A DNA stretch of 64,000 bases from Candidatus Eiseniibacteriota bacterium (GTDB taxonomy: Bacteria > Eisenbacteria > RBG-16-71-46): positions 192,001 to 256,000 of the forward strand of contig JBGAML010000001.1 in the NCBI GenBank assembly GCA_044223005.1. Reading direction: 5' to 3'. The translations under genes were made by a program, and so were the position numbers. Of this stretch, positions 42,090 through 52,900 are shown in pieces. The notes beneath the pieces were generated by a model that was not told the origin of the DNA, did not search any database, and saw only the letters and a list, made by a program, of their open reading frames with translations. The first letter of the stretch is position 1. Every line of letters starts with the position of its first letter.

Positions 42090-42452
42090 ATGATCTGGCT
42101 CATCCTCACGCCCGCAGTGCTCTCGCTGCTCGTGCTCGGCGCGCATTACCTGCGCGAGGGGCAGCTGGTCATGTGCGGCCTGTTCGTCGTGAATGCGCTC
42201 ACGCTGCTGTTCGTGCGGAACCGCTGGTATCCGCGCCTCACGCAACTCGTGCTCGGGCTCGGCTTGATCGTCTGGGCGCTCGCGCTGCGGGATTTCATGC
42301 ACGAGCGCCAGGCCTCCGGCGAGCCGGTGACGCGACTGGTCGTGATCATGGGCGCCGTCATGGCGGTGGACGTGCTTGCGATCGTGCTGCTCGGCACGGC
42401 CCGCGTGCGCGCGCATTTCACGCCGAAGCCCGTGGACGTACCCGCCGCGTGA
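42090..42452 (+). CDS. Small 4-TM membrane protein
   Basis: LSLLVLGAHYLR...RLVVIMGAV hydrophobic ORF; GTGA overlap with the GNAT gene. Confidence 0.7.
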   Translation: MIWLILTPAVLSLLVLGAHYLREGQLVMCGLFVVNALTLLFVRNRWYPRLTQLVLGLGLIVWALALRDFMHERQASGEPVTRLVVIMGAVMAVDVLAIVLLGTARVRAHFTPKPVDVPAA

Positions 42453-43018
42453 TCCGCCCCACCTCGATCCCGCGCCTCGAAACGCCGCGGCTCGTCCTGC
42501 GCGCGCTCGAGCCCGGCGATGCGCCCGCGATCTTCGCGATCCTCGCGGACCCCGAGACGGTGCGCTACTGGAGCACGCCGCCCATGCAGTCGGTCGCCGA
42601 GGCCGAGGCGCTGATCGCGCGCGATGCGCAGTACATCGCCGAGGGGAGCGGGCAGCGCTGGGCCTTGTGCCCGCGCGAAGGCGGCGACACGATCGGCACC
42701 ATCTCGCTCTTTCGCTTCGACGAGCAGAGCGACCGCGCCGAGATCGGCTACGTGCTCGCGCGCGAGACGTGGGGCAAGGGCTTCATGAGCGAAGCGCTCT
42801 CGGCCGTGATCGACTATGCGTTCGACACGCTGCACCTGCGGCGGCTCGAGGCGGACACCGATCCGCGCAACGAGGGCTCCGTGAAGCTCCTCGCGCGGAT
42901 GGGCTTCGCGCGCGAAGGCCTCCTGCGCGAACGTTGGGTCGTGGCCGGCGAGATCTCCGACACGCTCTTCTCCGGACTGCTCGCGCGCGAGTGGCGCGCG
43001 CGCCGCACCGCGCGCTGA
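42449..43018 (+). CDS. GNAT N-acetyltransferase (RimJ/RimL family)
   Basis: LETPRLVLR, AEIGY, WGKGFMSEA, DPRNEGS..LL.RMGF.REG. Confidence 0.9.
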   Translation: MIRPTSIPRLETPRLVLRALEPGDAPAIFAILADPETVRYWSTPPMQSVAEAEALIARDAQYIAEGSGQRWALCPREGGDTIGTISLFRFDEQSDRAEIGYVLARETWGKGFMSEALSAVIDYAFDTLHLRRLEADTDPRNEGSVKLLARMGFAREGLLRERWVVAGEISDTLFSGLLAREWRARRTAR

Positions 43019-43043
43019 GCGCGGCGCGGCATCGCTCCGCCGT

Positions 43044-43517
43044 TCAGCGGCGCCGGGCCGTCTTCGCGACCAGCTCCTCGAGCTGCAGCCGATGCCGCAT
43101 CGGGTGCGCGACCGCATGCTCGAGCATCGCCTCCACGGTCATCGGCGCGCCCCAGCGTGTCGTGTGCACGGTCTTGGACTCCAGCACGCGGTCGGTCATC
43201 CAGGCTGCGTGCTTGTGCCACGCGCGTTCGAGCACGTCGAGGTAGGCCGCGGCCTTCGCGGGTACGTCGTCGGCATCGGGCGGATCGGCCAACTTGGGTT
43301 CGGGCCGCCCCAGCACCTCGCAGAGCCACGTGAGGTAGCCGCGGCACGAGCGCAGCGGATGCCGCATGAGCAGGTCGAGGCTCGCATACGCCGGATCGTT
43401 CGTCTTGGGGAGCTTCACTCCCGCGCGCTTCGCCTTGCGCCACACCGCGTGCAGCCGGCGCATCTCCTCCATCTGCAGCATCACCAGGGCGCGCACACCG
43501 CGCGAGCGGAACGCCAT
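43044..43517 (-). CDS. DinB-like hypothetical protein
   Basis: LMRH...MLEHAVAHPMRHRLQL His pattern; SD GAGGAG. Confidence 0.6.
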   Translation of the reverse strand: MAFRSRGVRALVMLQMEEMRRLHAVWRKAKRAGVKLPKTNDPAYASLDLLMRHPLRSCRGYLTWLCEVLGRPEPKLADPPDADDVPAKAAAYLDVLERAWHKHAAWMTDRVLESKTVHTTRWGAPMTVEAMLEHAVAHPMRHRLQLEELVAKTARRR

Positions 43518-43564
43518 CACGTGTCTCCTCGAGGTGCGCCGCGTTGCGGCCGGCGCGTGGGGTC

Positions 43565-44260
43565 TCAGCTCTCCGATGATTCGCCCAGCCGCGCTTCCAG
43601 CGCCGCGACGCGCTCGGCGAGCCGCGCCATTTCTTCGCGCAGCGAAGCGATGTCGCCGCCACCCGTGGCCGGTGAAGCCGCCGGCGCCGCCGCCGGCGTC
43701 CACGTCTCGTCGCTCCCGCGCCCGGCCCAGTGTGCGCGTACCACGTCCATCTCCGGCGGCAGGTAGAGCGCGTGCGACACCACCTGGCCGCGCCCGGGCG
43801 GCGTCAGCGCCACCACGAGGCCGCGCTCGACCAGCGCGTCGACGATCGCTTTCAGCGCCGCCTGGTCGGCGATGGGCTCCATGCGCGCAGCGCGTGCACG
43901 CAGCTCGCCCAGCGGCTGCGCGCCGCGGAGCAGCAACTCCGTCATCACCGCGAGCTCCACGGGCGTCACGCCGAGCCACTCGTGCGCGTGGTGCTTGTAC
44001 TTGGGCACGCGCCCCAGCCAGTCGATCTCGCTCGTGGCCTTGAGGCCGGCGAGCTCGGACAGCGCGCGCTCGACATCGGTGTCGTCGTACGCCGTGTGCG
44101 GGTCGCGATTGTTCTTCTGGTTGCAACCCGCGACGATGGCGTTGACGCTCATCGGATAGCCCGCGGGCGTCGTCTTGGCCTTCTCGACGAGCACACCGAG
44201 CACGCGGCGCTGCGTCGCTTCCAGCGGCCGCCAAGATCGTTCGGTCGGCATCTCGGGCAT
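43565..44260 (-). CDS. DUF480/YceH-family winged-helix protein
   Basis: RVLGVLVEKAKTTP..YP.S.N....CNQK.NRDP; ELLLRGAQ..GELR. Confidence 0.88.
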   Translation of the reverse strand: MPEMPTERSWRPLEATQRRVLGVLVEKAKTTPAGYPMSVNAIVAGCNQKNNRDPHTAYDDTDVERALSELAGLKATSEIDWLGRVPKYKHHAHEWLGVTPVELAVMTELLLRGAQPLGELRARAARMEPIADQAALKAIVDALVERGLVVALTPPGRGQVVSHALYLPPEMDVVRAHWAGRGSDETWTPAAAPAASPATGGGDIASLREEMARLAERVAALEARLGESSES

Positions 44261-44380
44261 GCGCTCTCCGGGGTCACGGAAATGAGGCGGGAATCCCGCC
44301 CCGAAGCTAGCGCACGCGCGCTCCGGCGGCCACCTCAGGGTCAGATTCACAACGCGTTGCGACATCGGCAGTTGTCCGTG

Positions 44381-44418
44381 TTGACCCGGACCATCCACGC
44401 CAGTTAAGTTACCTCAAC
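44381..44418 (+). promoter_or_regulatory. Sigma70 promoter (TTGACC-N18-TAAGTT) overlapped by imperfect palindrome GTTAAGTTACCTCAAC; candidate DtxR-type operator
   Basis: AT-rich island upstream of dtxR-feoAB; 12 of 16 positions palindromic. Confidence 0.55.
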
Positions 44419-44494
44419 AATATTGAGTGGCCTTTGGGCGCGCCCCGCCGCGGGGGCGCGCCGGACGGCCGCTCCGTTCGAAACGAGGACCGAG

Positions 44495-45046
44495 ATGGAC
44501 GTCTGGAAGCGCTTCGGTGAGAAGGAAGTCAGCCACTCGATGGCCCACTACCTCCAGGCCGTGGCCGCGCTCAAGACCGAGAAGGGCCACGCGCGCGTCG
44601 GCGACATCGCCGACCACCTGGGCGTCTCCAAGAGCGGCGTCACCTCCATGATGCGCGCGCTGCAGACGCGCGGCCTGGTCGAGCACGAGCGCTACGGCTG
44701 CGTCGAGCTCACGACCGCGGGCCAGCACCTCGCCGAGCGCACCGAATCGAGCCGCCGCGTGCTGACCATGTTCCTCGCCGAGATCCTCGGCGTGAACGAA
44801 GAGGTCGCGAGCGAGGACGCGTGCATGATCGAGCACCTCGTCTCGCCCGAAGTCTCGGTCGAGCTGCTGCGCCTGACGAGCTTCCTGCGCTCGGGTCACC
44901 CCGCCGCGGCCGCGTTCCGCGAGGCCTACCGCACGAGCCCGCGCTCGTGCGCGGACCACGCCCCCGGCGCGTGCGATCTCTGCGGCGCCACCTGCCTGCG
45001 CGAATCGCTCGTGCGCGAGATCGGCGAGGGCGGGCTCACCGCGTGA
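44495..45046 (+). CDS. DtxR/MntR-family metal-dependent transcriptional regulator with Cys-rich C-tail
   Basis: ARVGDIADHLGVSKSGVT HTH, ELTTAG, EDACMIEH; tail C-x7-C-x2-C-x3-C. Confidence 0.88.
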   Translation: MDVWKRFGEKEVSHSMAHYLQAVAALKTEKGHARVGDIADHLGVSKSGVTSMMRALQTRGLVEHERYGCVELTTAGQHLAERTESSRRVLTMFLAEILGVNEEVASEDACMIEHLVSPEVSVELLRLTSFLRSGHPAAAAFREAYRTSPRSCADHAPGACDLCGATCLRESLVREIGEGGLTA

Positions 45047-45297
45047 GCGGGACGAACGGCACCGGCGGCGAGCGCACGCTCGACCAGCTCGCACCCGGCG
45101 CGGGCGGCGCGATCGCGCGCGTCGACGGCGATCCCGCGATCGTGCGCCGCCTGATGGAACTCGGGCTCGTGCCCGGCACCGAGGTCGGCATGGTGCGCAC
45201 GGCCCCGCTCGGCGATCCGCTCGAAGTCACCGTGCGCGGCATGCATCTCTCCCTGCGCCGCTCGGAGGCCCGCCACATCCATGTCGAGACCCGCTGA
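45043..45297 (+). CDS. feoA: Ferrous iron transport protein A
   Basis: RRLMELGLVPG, APLGDPLE, LSLRRSEA. Confidence 0.92.
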   Translation: MSGTNGTGGERTLDQLAPGAGGAIARVDGDPAIVRRLMELGLVPGTEVGMVRTAPLGDPLEVTVRGMHLSLRRSEARHIHVETR

Positions 45298-47512
45298 CCC
45301 CGCGGCGGGGCCGCAGCCGGTCGACCTCGCCCCCGTGCGCGCCGCGGCCACCGCGCCGCGCCGCATCGCGATCCTCGGCAATCCCAACGCCGGCAAGTCG
45401 ACGCTCTTCAACGCGCTCACGGGGCTGCGGCAGAAGGTCGGCAACTACCCGGGCGTCACGGTCGAGAAGAAGACAGGCGCGTGCGAGCTGCCCTCGGGGC
45501 GCCGCGCGGAGCTGATCGACCTGCCGGGCAGCTACAGCCTGCACCCGGCCTCGCCCGACGAACGCATCGTGCGCGACGTGCTGCTCGGGCTGCAAGCCGA
45601 CACGCCGCCGCCCGACCTGATCGTGTTCGTCGTCGACGCGACCAACCTGGACCGCCACCTCTACCTGGCACTGCAGGTGATCGAGCTGGGGCGGCCGCTC
45701 GTGCTCGCGCTCAACATGATGGACTCGGCGCGCGACCAGGGCATCCGGATCGACACGGGGCTGCTCGAGCGCTCGCTGGGCGTGCCGGTGATCGGGATCT
45801 CCGCCGCGAAGGGCGAGGGGCTCGGCCACCTGCGGCGCATGATGGATCGCGACGTCGAGCCCTCGGCCGCGCACTTCCGCCGCTGGGCGCCGCACCTGAA
45901 GCGCGTGCTCGACCGGCTCGAGGCGCGCCTGCCCCGGCACGCGTCGTTGCCCGAGCGCGCGCGGCACGACTTCGCGCTCGCGCTGCTGCTCGACGACGGC
46001 GAGGACGACGCGCTGGCGCGCAGCGCGCCGCCGGACGTGCTCGACGACGCGCACGTGCTCGCGCGCCGGCTCGACGTGCTCTCGCCCGGCTGGCGCTCGG
46101 GCGACGTCGAGGGGCGCTACGAGACCATCCAGGCCACGCTCGCGACCGCGGTCACGGCGCCGGGCACGCGGCGCCACCACCGCAGCGACGCGATCGACCG
46201 CGTGCTCACGCACCGCGTGTTCGGGCCCGTGATCTTCGTGCTGCTCATGGGCGCGGTCTTCCAGTCGGTGTTCGCGTGGGCGCAGCCCGCCATGGACTTC
46301 ATCGACACGTGGGTCGGGCGCTTCGGCCAGCTGGTCGGGCACCTGATGCCCGGCGGCCCGCTGCGCTCGCTGCTCGTGGACGGCGTGATCGCCGGCGTCG
46401 GCACCGCGCTCACGTTCGTGCCGCAGATCGCGATCCTCTTCTTCTTCCTGTCGGTGCTCGAGGACACGGGCTACATGGCGCGGGCCGCGTTCATCATGGA
46501 CCGCATCATGGGCCGCGTCGGACTCTCGGGCCGCGCGTTCATCCCGCTGCTCTCGTCGTTCGCCTGCGCGATCCCCGGCATCATGGCCACGCGCACGATC
46601 GACAACCGGCGCGACCGCTTCACAACCATCTTGATCGCGCCGTTCATGTCGTGCAGCGCGCGGCTCCCGGTGTTCGCGCTGCTGATCGGCGCGTTCATCC
46701 CGAACCGCTGGGTCGGGTTCGTCACGCTGCCGGGCATCACGCTGTTCGCGATGTACTTCCTCGGGATCGTGGCCGCGATCGCGGTCGCGTGGGTGCTCAA
46801 GCGCACCGTGTTGCGCGGCGGCCGGCCGCTCTACGTGATGGAGCTGCCGCCCTACCGCATGCCCTCGTGGCGGTCGGTACTGCTCGCGGTGCGCGAGCGC
46901 GTCGTGCTGTTCGTCGCCAACGCCGGCACGGTGATCCTCGCGATCACGGTGGTGCTGTGGTTCCTCGCGTCGTACCCGCACGGCGGAGCCGACGTGGAGG
47001 CGCTGAAGGTGCGCCACACGGCCGCCGAGACCGCGGGCCGGCCCGCGGAGGCGCGCCTGCTGGAGCGCCAGATCGCCGGGCTCGAACTGGAGCACTCGTT
47101 CGCGGGCCAGGTCGGCCGCGCGATCGAGCCCGTGATCGCGCCGCTCGGCTTCGACTGGCGGATCGGTATCGGGCTCGTGACCTCGCTCGCCGCGCGCGAA
47201 GTGATGGTGTCCACCATGGCGACCGTGTTCAACCTCGGCGACCGCGAGGGCGACCTGGTGCCGCTGCGCCAAAACCTGCGCGACGCGATCGATCCGCGTA
47301 CGGGAAAGCGCGCCTACTCGCCGCTCATGGGCGTGGCGCTGATGGTGTTCTTCGTGCTCGCCTGCCAGTGCATGTCCACGGTCGCGGTGGTCCGGCGCGA
47401 GACGCAGTCCTGGCGCTGGCCGATCTTCATGCTCGTCATGATGAACGCGCTCGCGTGGATCGTCGCGTTCGTCGTCTACCAGGGCGGCCGCCTCATGGGG
47501 TTGGGAACATGA
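45281..47512 (+). CDS. feoB: Ferrous iron transport protein B
   Basis: GNPNAGKSTLFN, VGNYPGVTVE, DLPG, NMMD, LEDTGYMAR, PFMSCSARLP, MELPPY. Confidence 0.97.
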   Translation: MSRPADPAAGPQPVDLAPVRAAATAPRRIAILGNPNAGKSTLFNALTGLRQKVGNYPGVTVEKKTGACELPSGRRAELIDLPGSYSLHPASPDERIVRDVLLGLQADTPPPDLIVFVVDATNLDRHLYLALQVIELGRPLVLALNMMDSARDQGIRIDTGLLERSLGVPVIGISAAKGEGLGHLRRMMDRDVEPSAAHFRRWAPHLKRVLDRLEARLPRHASLPERARHDFALALLLDDGEDDALARSAPPDVLDDAHVLARRLDVLSPGWRSGDVEGRYETIQATLATAVTAPGTRRHHRSDAIDRVLTHRVFGPVIFVLLMGAVFQSVFAWAQPAMDFIDTWVGRFGQLVGHLMPGGPLRSLLVDGVIAGVGTALTFVPQIAILFFFLSVLEDTGYMARAAFIMDRIMGRVGLSGRAFIPLLSSFACAIPGIMATRTIDNRRDRFTTILIAPFMSCSARLPVFALLIGAFIPNRWVGFVTLPGITLFAMYFLGIVAAIAVAWVLKRTVLRGGRPLYVMELPPYRMPSWRSVLLAVRERVVLFVANAGTVILAITVVLWFLASYPHGGADVEALKVRHTAAETAGRPAEARLLERQIAGLELEHSFAGQVGRAIEPVIAPLGFDWRIGIGLVTSLAAREVMVSTMATVFNLGDREGDLVPLRQNLRDAIDPRTGKRAYSPLMGVALMVFFVLACQCMSTVAVVRRETQSWRWPIFMLVMMNALAWIVAFVVYQGGRLMGLGT

Positions 47513-47733
47513 ACGGCTTCTCGTGGCAGGACGTGGCCGTGGGCGCGATCGCCGCGCTCGCACTGGGTTGGCTGGTCGCACGCCGCATCCGGAGTGCCCG
47601 CCGCGGCGAGGCGGCCGCGTGCGAGAACTGCCCCTCCGCCGCGCCCGCGCCGCGCGGCGTGCGCCCGGCGCCGCAGCCCGAGCTCCTGCTCGGCATCGGC
47701 GAGCCGTCGCCCCGCGACGGCACCCGGCGCTGA
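47509..47733 (+). CDS. FeoB-associated small Cys-containing membrane protein
   Basis: ATGA overlap with feoB; one TM helix followed by CENC. Confidence 0.7.
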   Translation: MNGFSWQDVAVGAIAALALGWLVARRIRSARRGEAAACENCPSAAPAPRGVRPAPQPELLLGIGEPSPRDGTRR

Positions 47734-47865
47734 CGCACCGGCAATTCCCCGCCGCGGCGCGAGTTGCCCCGCGGGCCGGCGCGCGCACTTCAGGGGCCCG
47801 CCGCGCTGCCGAGACTGCGAATCGACGAGCGCGCGCACGGGAAGCGTGCGTCCCCGAGGACCCCC

Positions 47866-48975
47866 TTGAGCTTGCAACCGATTCGCAGGATCGCCATCAG
47901 CACCGGCGGCGGTGACGCGCCCGGGCTGAACGCCGTGATTTGCGCCGTCGTATTGGCCGCGCTGCAGCGTCGCTGGGAGTGCGTCGGGATCCGCGACGGC
48001 TACAACGGCCTGTTGCTGCCGTCCGACTATCCCGACGGCGGGCTCGTGCCGCTCACGCGCCGCTCGGTCGCCGGCATCACGCACCTCGGCGGCACGATCC
48101 TCGGGACCACGAACCGCGGCAACCCGGTGAAGTTCCCGGTGAAGCAGCCGGACGGCACGTTCGTCGAGGTCGATCGCAGCGACGAACTCCTGGAGCGCTT
48201 CTCGGAGGAGAACATCGACGCCCTGGTCACGATCGGCGGCGACGGCTCGCTCGGGATCGGCTACCACCTCGCCAGCAAGGGGCTGCGCGTGATCGGCGTG
48301 CCCAAGACGATCGACAACGACCTCGACAACACGTTCATGACCTTCGGCTTCGACACCGCCGTGTCGTTCGCCACCGAGTGCCTCGACCGCCTGCACACGA
48401 CCGCGACCAGCCACCGCCGCATCATGGTGGTCGAGGTCATGGGCCGCTACGCGGGCTGGATCGCGCTGCACGCCGGCATCGCGGGCAACGCCGACGTGAT
48501 CCTGATTCCCGAGATCCCGTACGACATCGAGAAGGTGGCCGAGGTCGTGCGCGAGCGCGAACGTTCGGGCCGGCTGTACACGATCGTCGTCGTCGCCGAG
48601 GGCGCCGTGCCCGTGGGCGGCGGCGTGTCGGTGCTCGGCAAGGCCGTCGGCCAGGCCGAGAAGCTGGGCGGCGTGGGTGAGAAGGTCGCGCGCGAACTGG
48701 AAGCGCGCACGGGGCGCGAATCGCGCACCGTCGTGCTCGGGCACCTGCTGCGCGGCGGGTCGCCCACCAGCTTCGACCGCCTGGTGGCGCTGCGCTTCGG
48801 CGCCGCCGCCGTGCGCGCGCTGGACGAGGGCCTCTCCTCGGTCATGGTCTCGCTCAACCCGCCCACCGTGCGCTACGAGCCGCTCAAGTCGGCGGTGAAA
48901 CGCATGAAGACCGTGCCGCTGGATTCCGACACCATGGAATCGGCGCGCGATCTGGGGATCCGCTTCGGGGACTGA
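47866..48975 (+). CDS. pfkA: 6-phosphofructokinase (group III-like; GGDG + PKTIDND, probably ATP-dependent)
   Basis: TGGGDAPGLN, GGTILGT, IGGDGS, PKTIDND, EVMGRYAGW; TTG start after SD GAGGA. Confidence 0.93.
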   Translation: MSLQPIRRIAISTGGGDAPGLNAVICAVVLAALQRRWECVGIRDGYNGLLLPSDYPDGGLVPLTRRSVAGITHLGGTILGTTNRGNPVKFPVKQPDGTFVEVDRSDELLERFSEENIDALVTIGGDGSLGIGYHLASKGLRVIGVPKTIDNDLDNTFMTFGFDTAVSFATECLDRLHTTATSHRRIMVVEVMGRYAGWIALHAGIAGNADVILIPEIPYDIEKVAEVVRERERSGRLYTIVVVAEGAVPVGGGVSVLGKAVGQAEKLGGVGEKVARELEARTGRESRTVVLGHLLRGGSPTSFDRLVALRFGAAAVRALDEGLSSVMVSLNPPTVRYEPLKSAVKRMKTVPLDSDTMESARDLGIRFGD

Positions 48976-49094
48976 AGGCCGCCGCGGGCCGCGCCGGTCG
49001 CGGCCCGCATCCCCGAACTGCGCGCCCGGCCCGCCAGAAGCCCGGGGCGGAATTTCGTATTCTCGTGGGCGAGCGGTGCTCCAAGGAGCGTGGG

Positions 49095-49658
49095 ATGGAC
49101 CATTCGTCACCTCGAGCAGGCGGCGGGATCCTCGCCTCGATCACGTCCGTGATCGGCTGGCTGCTCTACGGCACGGCGGGGTTGCTCGCGTTGATCGCCA
49201 TGGCGTTCGTATTCGGTCGCAGTGGCGGAACGCCCGGTGCAGGCGACGAGACAGGACGTTCGATGGCGGTGTCCTTCGCCCTCTCCTGGCTGCTCCCGAT
49301 TGCGGCCGCAACGGCGCTGATCGGATGGCTGGTGCGCGCGCTTCCGCTCCAAGGAGCTCGGCCCGGAGCCTCCGCCACGGACGGACGCCCCCGGGCCATG
49401 CTCCTGAACCTGGGCCCCACGGGACGGAAGCGCGTGGCGTTCGGATTCGCGGGCGCCGGCGCCTTGCTCTTGGTCGTCGTGGTCCGCTTGATCGTGGGCG
49501 GCCTGTCGAGCGCGGCCCGAAGCCCGGGCCGGGTGACGGACCTGGCGGCGCTCGCGTGGCAGGATCTCCTCCTCACCTCGCCGTTGTTGCTGCTCGCAAT
49601 GATCGCCTTCGTGGTCGCGATCCGAGTGGGCATGAGCAGTGGAGCCGCGCGTGGGTAG
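49095..49658 (+). CDS. Hypothetical membrane protein (4 TM)
   Basis: SD AAGGAG; four hydrophobic segments; less biased codon usage. Confidence 0.55.
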   Translation: MDHSSPRAGGGILASITSVIGWLLYGTAGLLALIAMAFVFGRSGGTPGAGDETGRSMAVSFALSWLLPIAAATALIGWLVRALPLQGARPGASATDGRPRAMLLNLGPTGRKRVAFGFAGAGALLLVVVVRLIVGGLSSAARSPGRVTDLAALAWQDLLLTSPLLLLAMIAFVVAIRVGMSSGAARG

Positions 49659-49900
49659 CCCGAACGCGAGTTGCGAACGACCGGCGGTCGCAATCGCGCC
49701 GCGCCGGTCGTGGCCCGCGCCCCTGCGGCCCGGTGTCCCGCGAGTGGCCTGCCGGAATCCCTTGGCGTACCCCGCGGATCCCACGCTAGACTCAGCCGAT
49801 CTCCCCTCCCGGTAAGTGCCGTGGCTTCGTGCCCGGCTCCTCCGCACGCCCCGGCCCGCCGACGGCCGGCGTCATCGTGACCCCGTACGAGGCCCGCGCC

Positions 49901-52900
49901 ATGAAGCGTCTGCTGTCGACCGCCTGCACCGCCCTGTTCCTCCTCGTCCCCGCGCTCGCGCTCGCCGCGGACCGACCCCGCCTGATGCCGGATCCCGTGA
50001 CGCACATCGAACAGGGACCGATCGTCAGACCGCACTCGATCGAGTTCACGTCGCTACCGCGCGTCTCGGCGTTTCCGTACGTCGGGCCGCAGAAGGAAGT
50101 GCACGACGAAGGCGTCTGGGAAGAAGCGGAGCAGGACCTCCAGGCGCAGAAGGCGAATCCGCGCGGTGTCGACCTGCGCGCGCTCGGTTCGCACGTCACG
50201 CTCGACGCGACGAGCTCCGGCGGCGGGCTCACCCCGTTGGCGCCCACGCTCGGCACCGGCTTCGAGGGCATCACGCAGGGGCCGTACATCCCCAGCGAGC
50301 CCACGGTGGCGGCCGGCCCGCTGAACATCTTCAGCGCCGGCAACGTCAACGTGACCGTCACCAACAAGGACGGCTCCAACCGCGTCGAGACCGACGGCGC
50401 CACGTTCTTCGGCGTGCCGGTCGCGGAAGGCGCGATCTCGGACGCGCAGTGCTACTACGACGCCGTGCACGGCCGCTTCGTCGCCGTGGCGTTCACGCAG
50501 GGCACGAGCCCCAGCAACTACTCGAACTTCTACCTGCTCATCAGCAAGACCAACGACGCCCGCGGCGCGTGGTGGCAGTACAAGTTCGACATGACCAAGG
50601 ACGGCAGCACGTCCACGGCCAACTGGAGCGACTACGAGTCGCTCGGCCTCACCGAGGACAAGATCGTCCTCACCGCCCAGCAGTTCACGTTCGCGGCCGA
50701 CGCGTACGTGTACCCCAAGATCCGCGTGCTCGATCGCGCGGCGCTCTTCTCGGGCGCGGCGGCCTCGTACGTGGACTTCGTCAACTTCGCGGCGCCCACG
50801 GGCGGCGACACCTTCGACACGTTCGTCACCAAGTGCGCCCGCAACCTGACGCCCGGTGACGCCGTCGGGCACCTGCTGTGCGTGCGCGTGAACGGCGGCA
50901 CGAACGTGACGTACCGCGAGGTCACGGGCCCGCCCGCGTCGCCGTCGCTGAGCGCCGGCACCAAGGTGACGGTCGCCACGTACACCGCGCCGCCGGACGC
51001 CGTGCAGAAGGGCAGCGCCACGCTCGTGCCGACCAACGACTGCCGGCCGGGCGATTTCGTGGCCCGCAACGGCGTGCTGGTCGCGACCTGGCACTTCGGC
51101 ACCACGATCAGCGCGACCTCCGTCAGCGCCGTGCGCCTCTTCCGCATGCGCACGAGCGACCTCACCGTGCTGACCGACGAGACGTTCGGCGCCGCGAGCA
51201 CCTTCTACTACTACCCCGCCGCCACCGTGGACTCGGCGGGTACGGTCTACCTCGGCTTCGGCCGCTCGAGCTCGACCGAGTACCCGTCCGCGTACGTGAC
51301 CGGCCGGCGCCCGAGCGACGCGTCGATCGAGCCCAGCGTGCTCACCAAGGCGGGCCTCTCCGCGACGAGCCAGTCGCGCTGGGGCGACTACACGGGCATC
51401 GACAACGACGCCTCGCTCTCCGGCCCCGGCGGCACGTCCGCCTGGTACGCCGGCCAGTGGACCAAGGCCGCGAACTCGTTCGGCACGTGGATCAACACGA
51501 TGTCGTTCACGTACGGCCAGATCGGCGGTTCGGTGGTCGAAGACTGCGACGGCAACGCCGGCACGACCGGTGACCGCGCGCCGCGCGCGGGCGTCACGCT
51601 GACGCTGTTCTCGGGCGCGAGCCCGGTCGCGACCACGACGAGCGACGGCTCGGGCAACTACAACTTCGGCTACCTCGAAGCGGGCACGTACGACGTCGTG
51701 GTGACGCCGCCCGCGGGCGGTGGCGCGGTCGACGCGATCGCGGGCACGGGCGGCACCTCGCAGGTGCGCGTCGGCGCCAACGACCTGCAGGCGACGGTCA
51801 CGATCACCTCGGTGTCGACGGGCAACCAGTTCGTCGTCTCGGCGAACCACGCGGCCCCGGTCGCCACCACGATCTCGCCCAACTTCAAGGTGGTCGGTGA
51901 TCCCGGCTTCACCCTGACCGTGAACGGCTCCGGCTTCACGTCGTGCTCCACGGTGCGCGTGGACGGCGCGGACCGCACGACCACGTTCGTCAACGGAACG
52001 CAGCTGACGGCCGCGATCCCGGCGGGCGACCTCGCCGTGGGCGGCGCGCGCGCGGTCACGGTGTTCACGCCCACGCCCGGCGGCGGCACCTCGGCGCCGG
52101 TCTACCTCACCGTGAGCGCCACGCCCGACACGCAGGCGCCGACCGTCGCGGTCACGTCACCCGCGGGCGGCGAGAACTGGGCGGTCGGCTCGGCGCACGC
52201 CATCACGTGGACCGCGACCGACGACCACGTCGTCGCGTCCGTGGACCTGGCGCTGTCGATTGACGGCGGCGCGACGTTCCCGACCGCGATCGCGACCGGG
52301 ATCGCCAACTCGGGCTCGTTCGCGTGGACCGTGCCCTACACGCTGACCTCGACCGCGCGCGTGCGCGTCGTCGCGCACGACGGCGTCGGCAATCTCGGCG
52401 CCGACTCGAGCCACACCAACGTCACGTTCGCGGGCTGGACCGTCACGGCCAGCGCGGGCGCGGGCGGCGCGATCGCCCCGAGCGGCGTGCAGGTGGTGGC
52501 GGACGGCGCGACGCCGGCCTACACGATCACGCCGTCGGTGGGCTACCACGTGCAGGACGTGCTCGTGAACGGCGGCTCGGTGGGCGCCGTGACGGCCTAC
52601 ACGTTCGCCGCCATCCACGCGGACCAGACGATCTCGGCCTCGTTCGCGATCGACAGCTACACGCTGACCGTGAACACCTCCGGCAGCGGCACCGTGGCGA
52701 AGAGCCCCGACCAGCCGTCGTACCCGTACGGCACGCTGGTGACGCTCACCGCGACGCCCGCGGGCGGCTGGAACTTCGTGGGCTGGAGCGGCGACACGTC
52801 GGCCACGACCAACCCGCTCACGTTCGCCATGCGCGCCAACCGCACGATCACGGCGACGTTCGGGCAGCACACCTACGTGTGGAGCGCGTCGGGCACGGCA

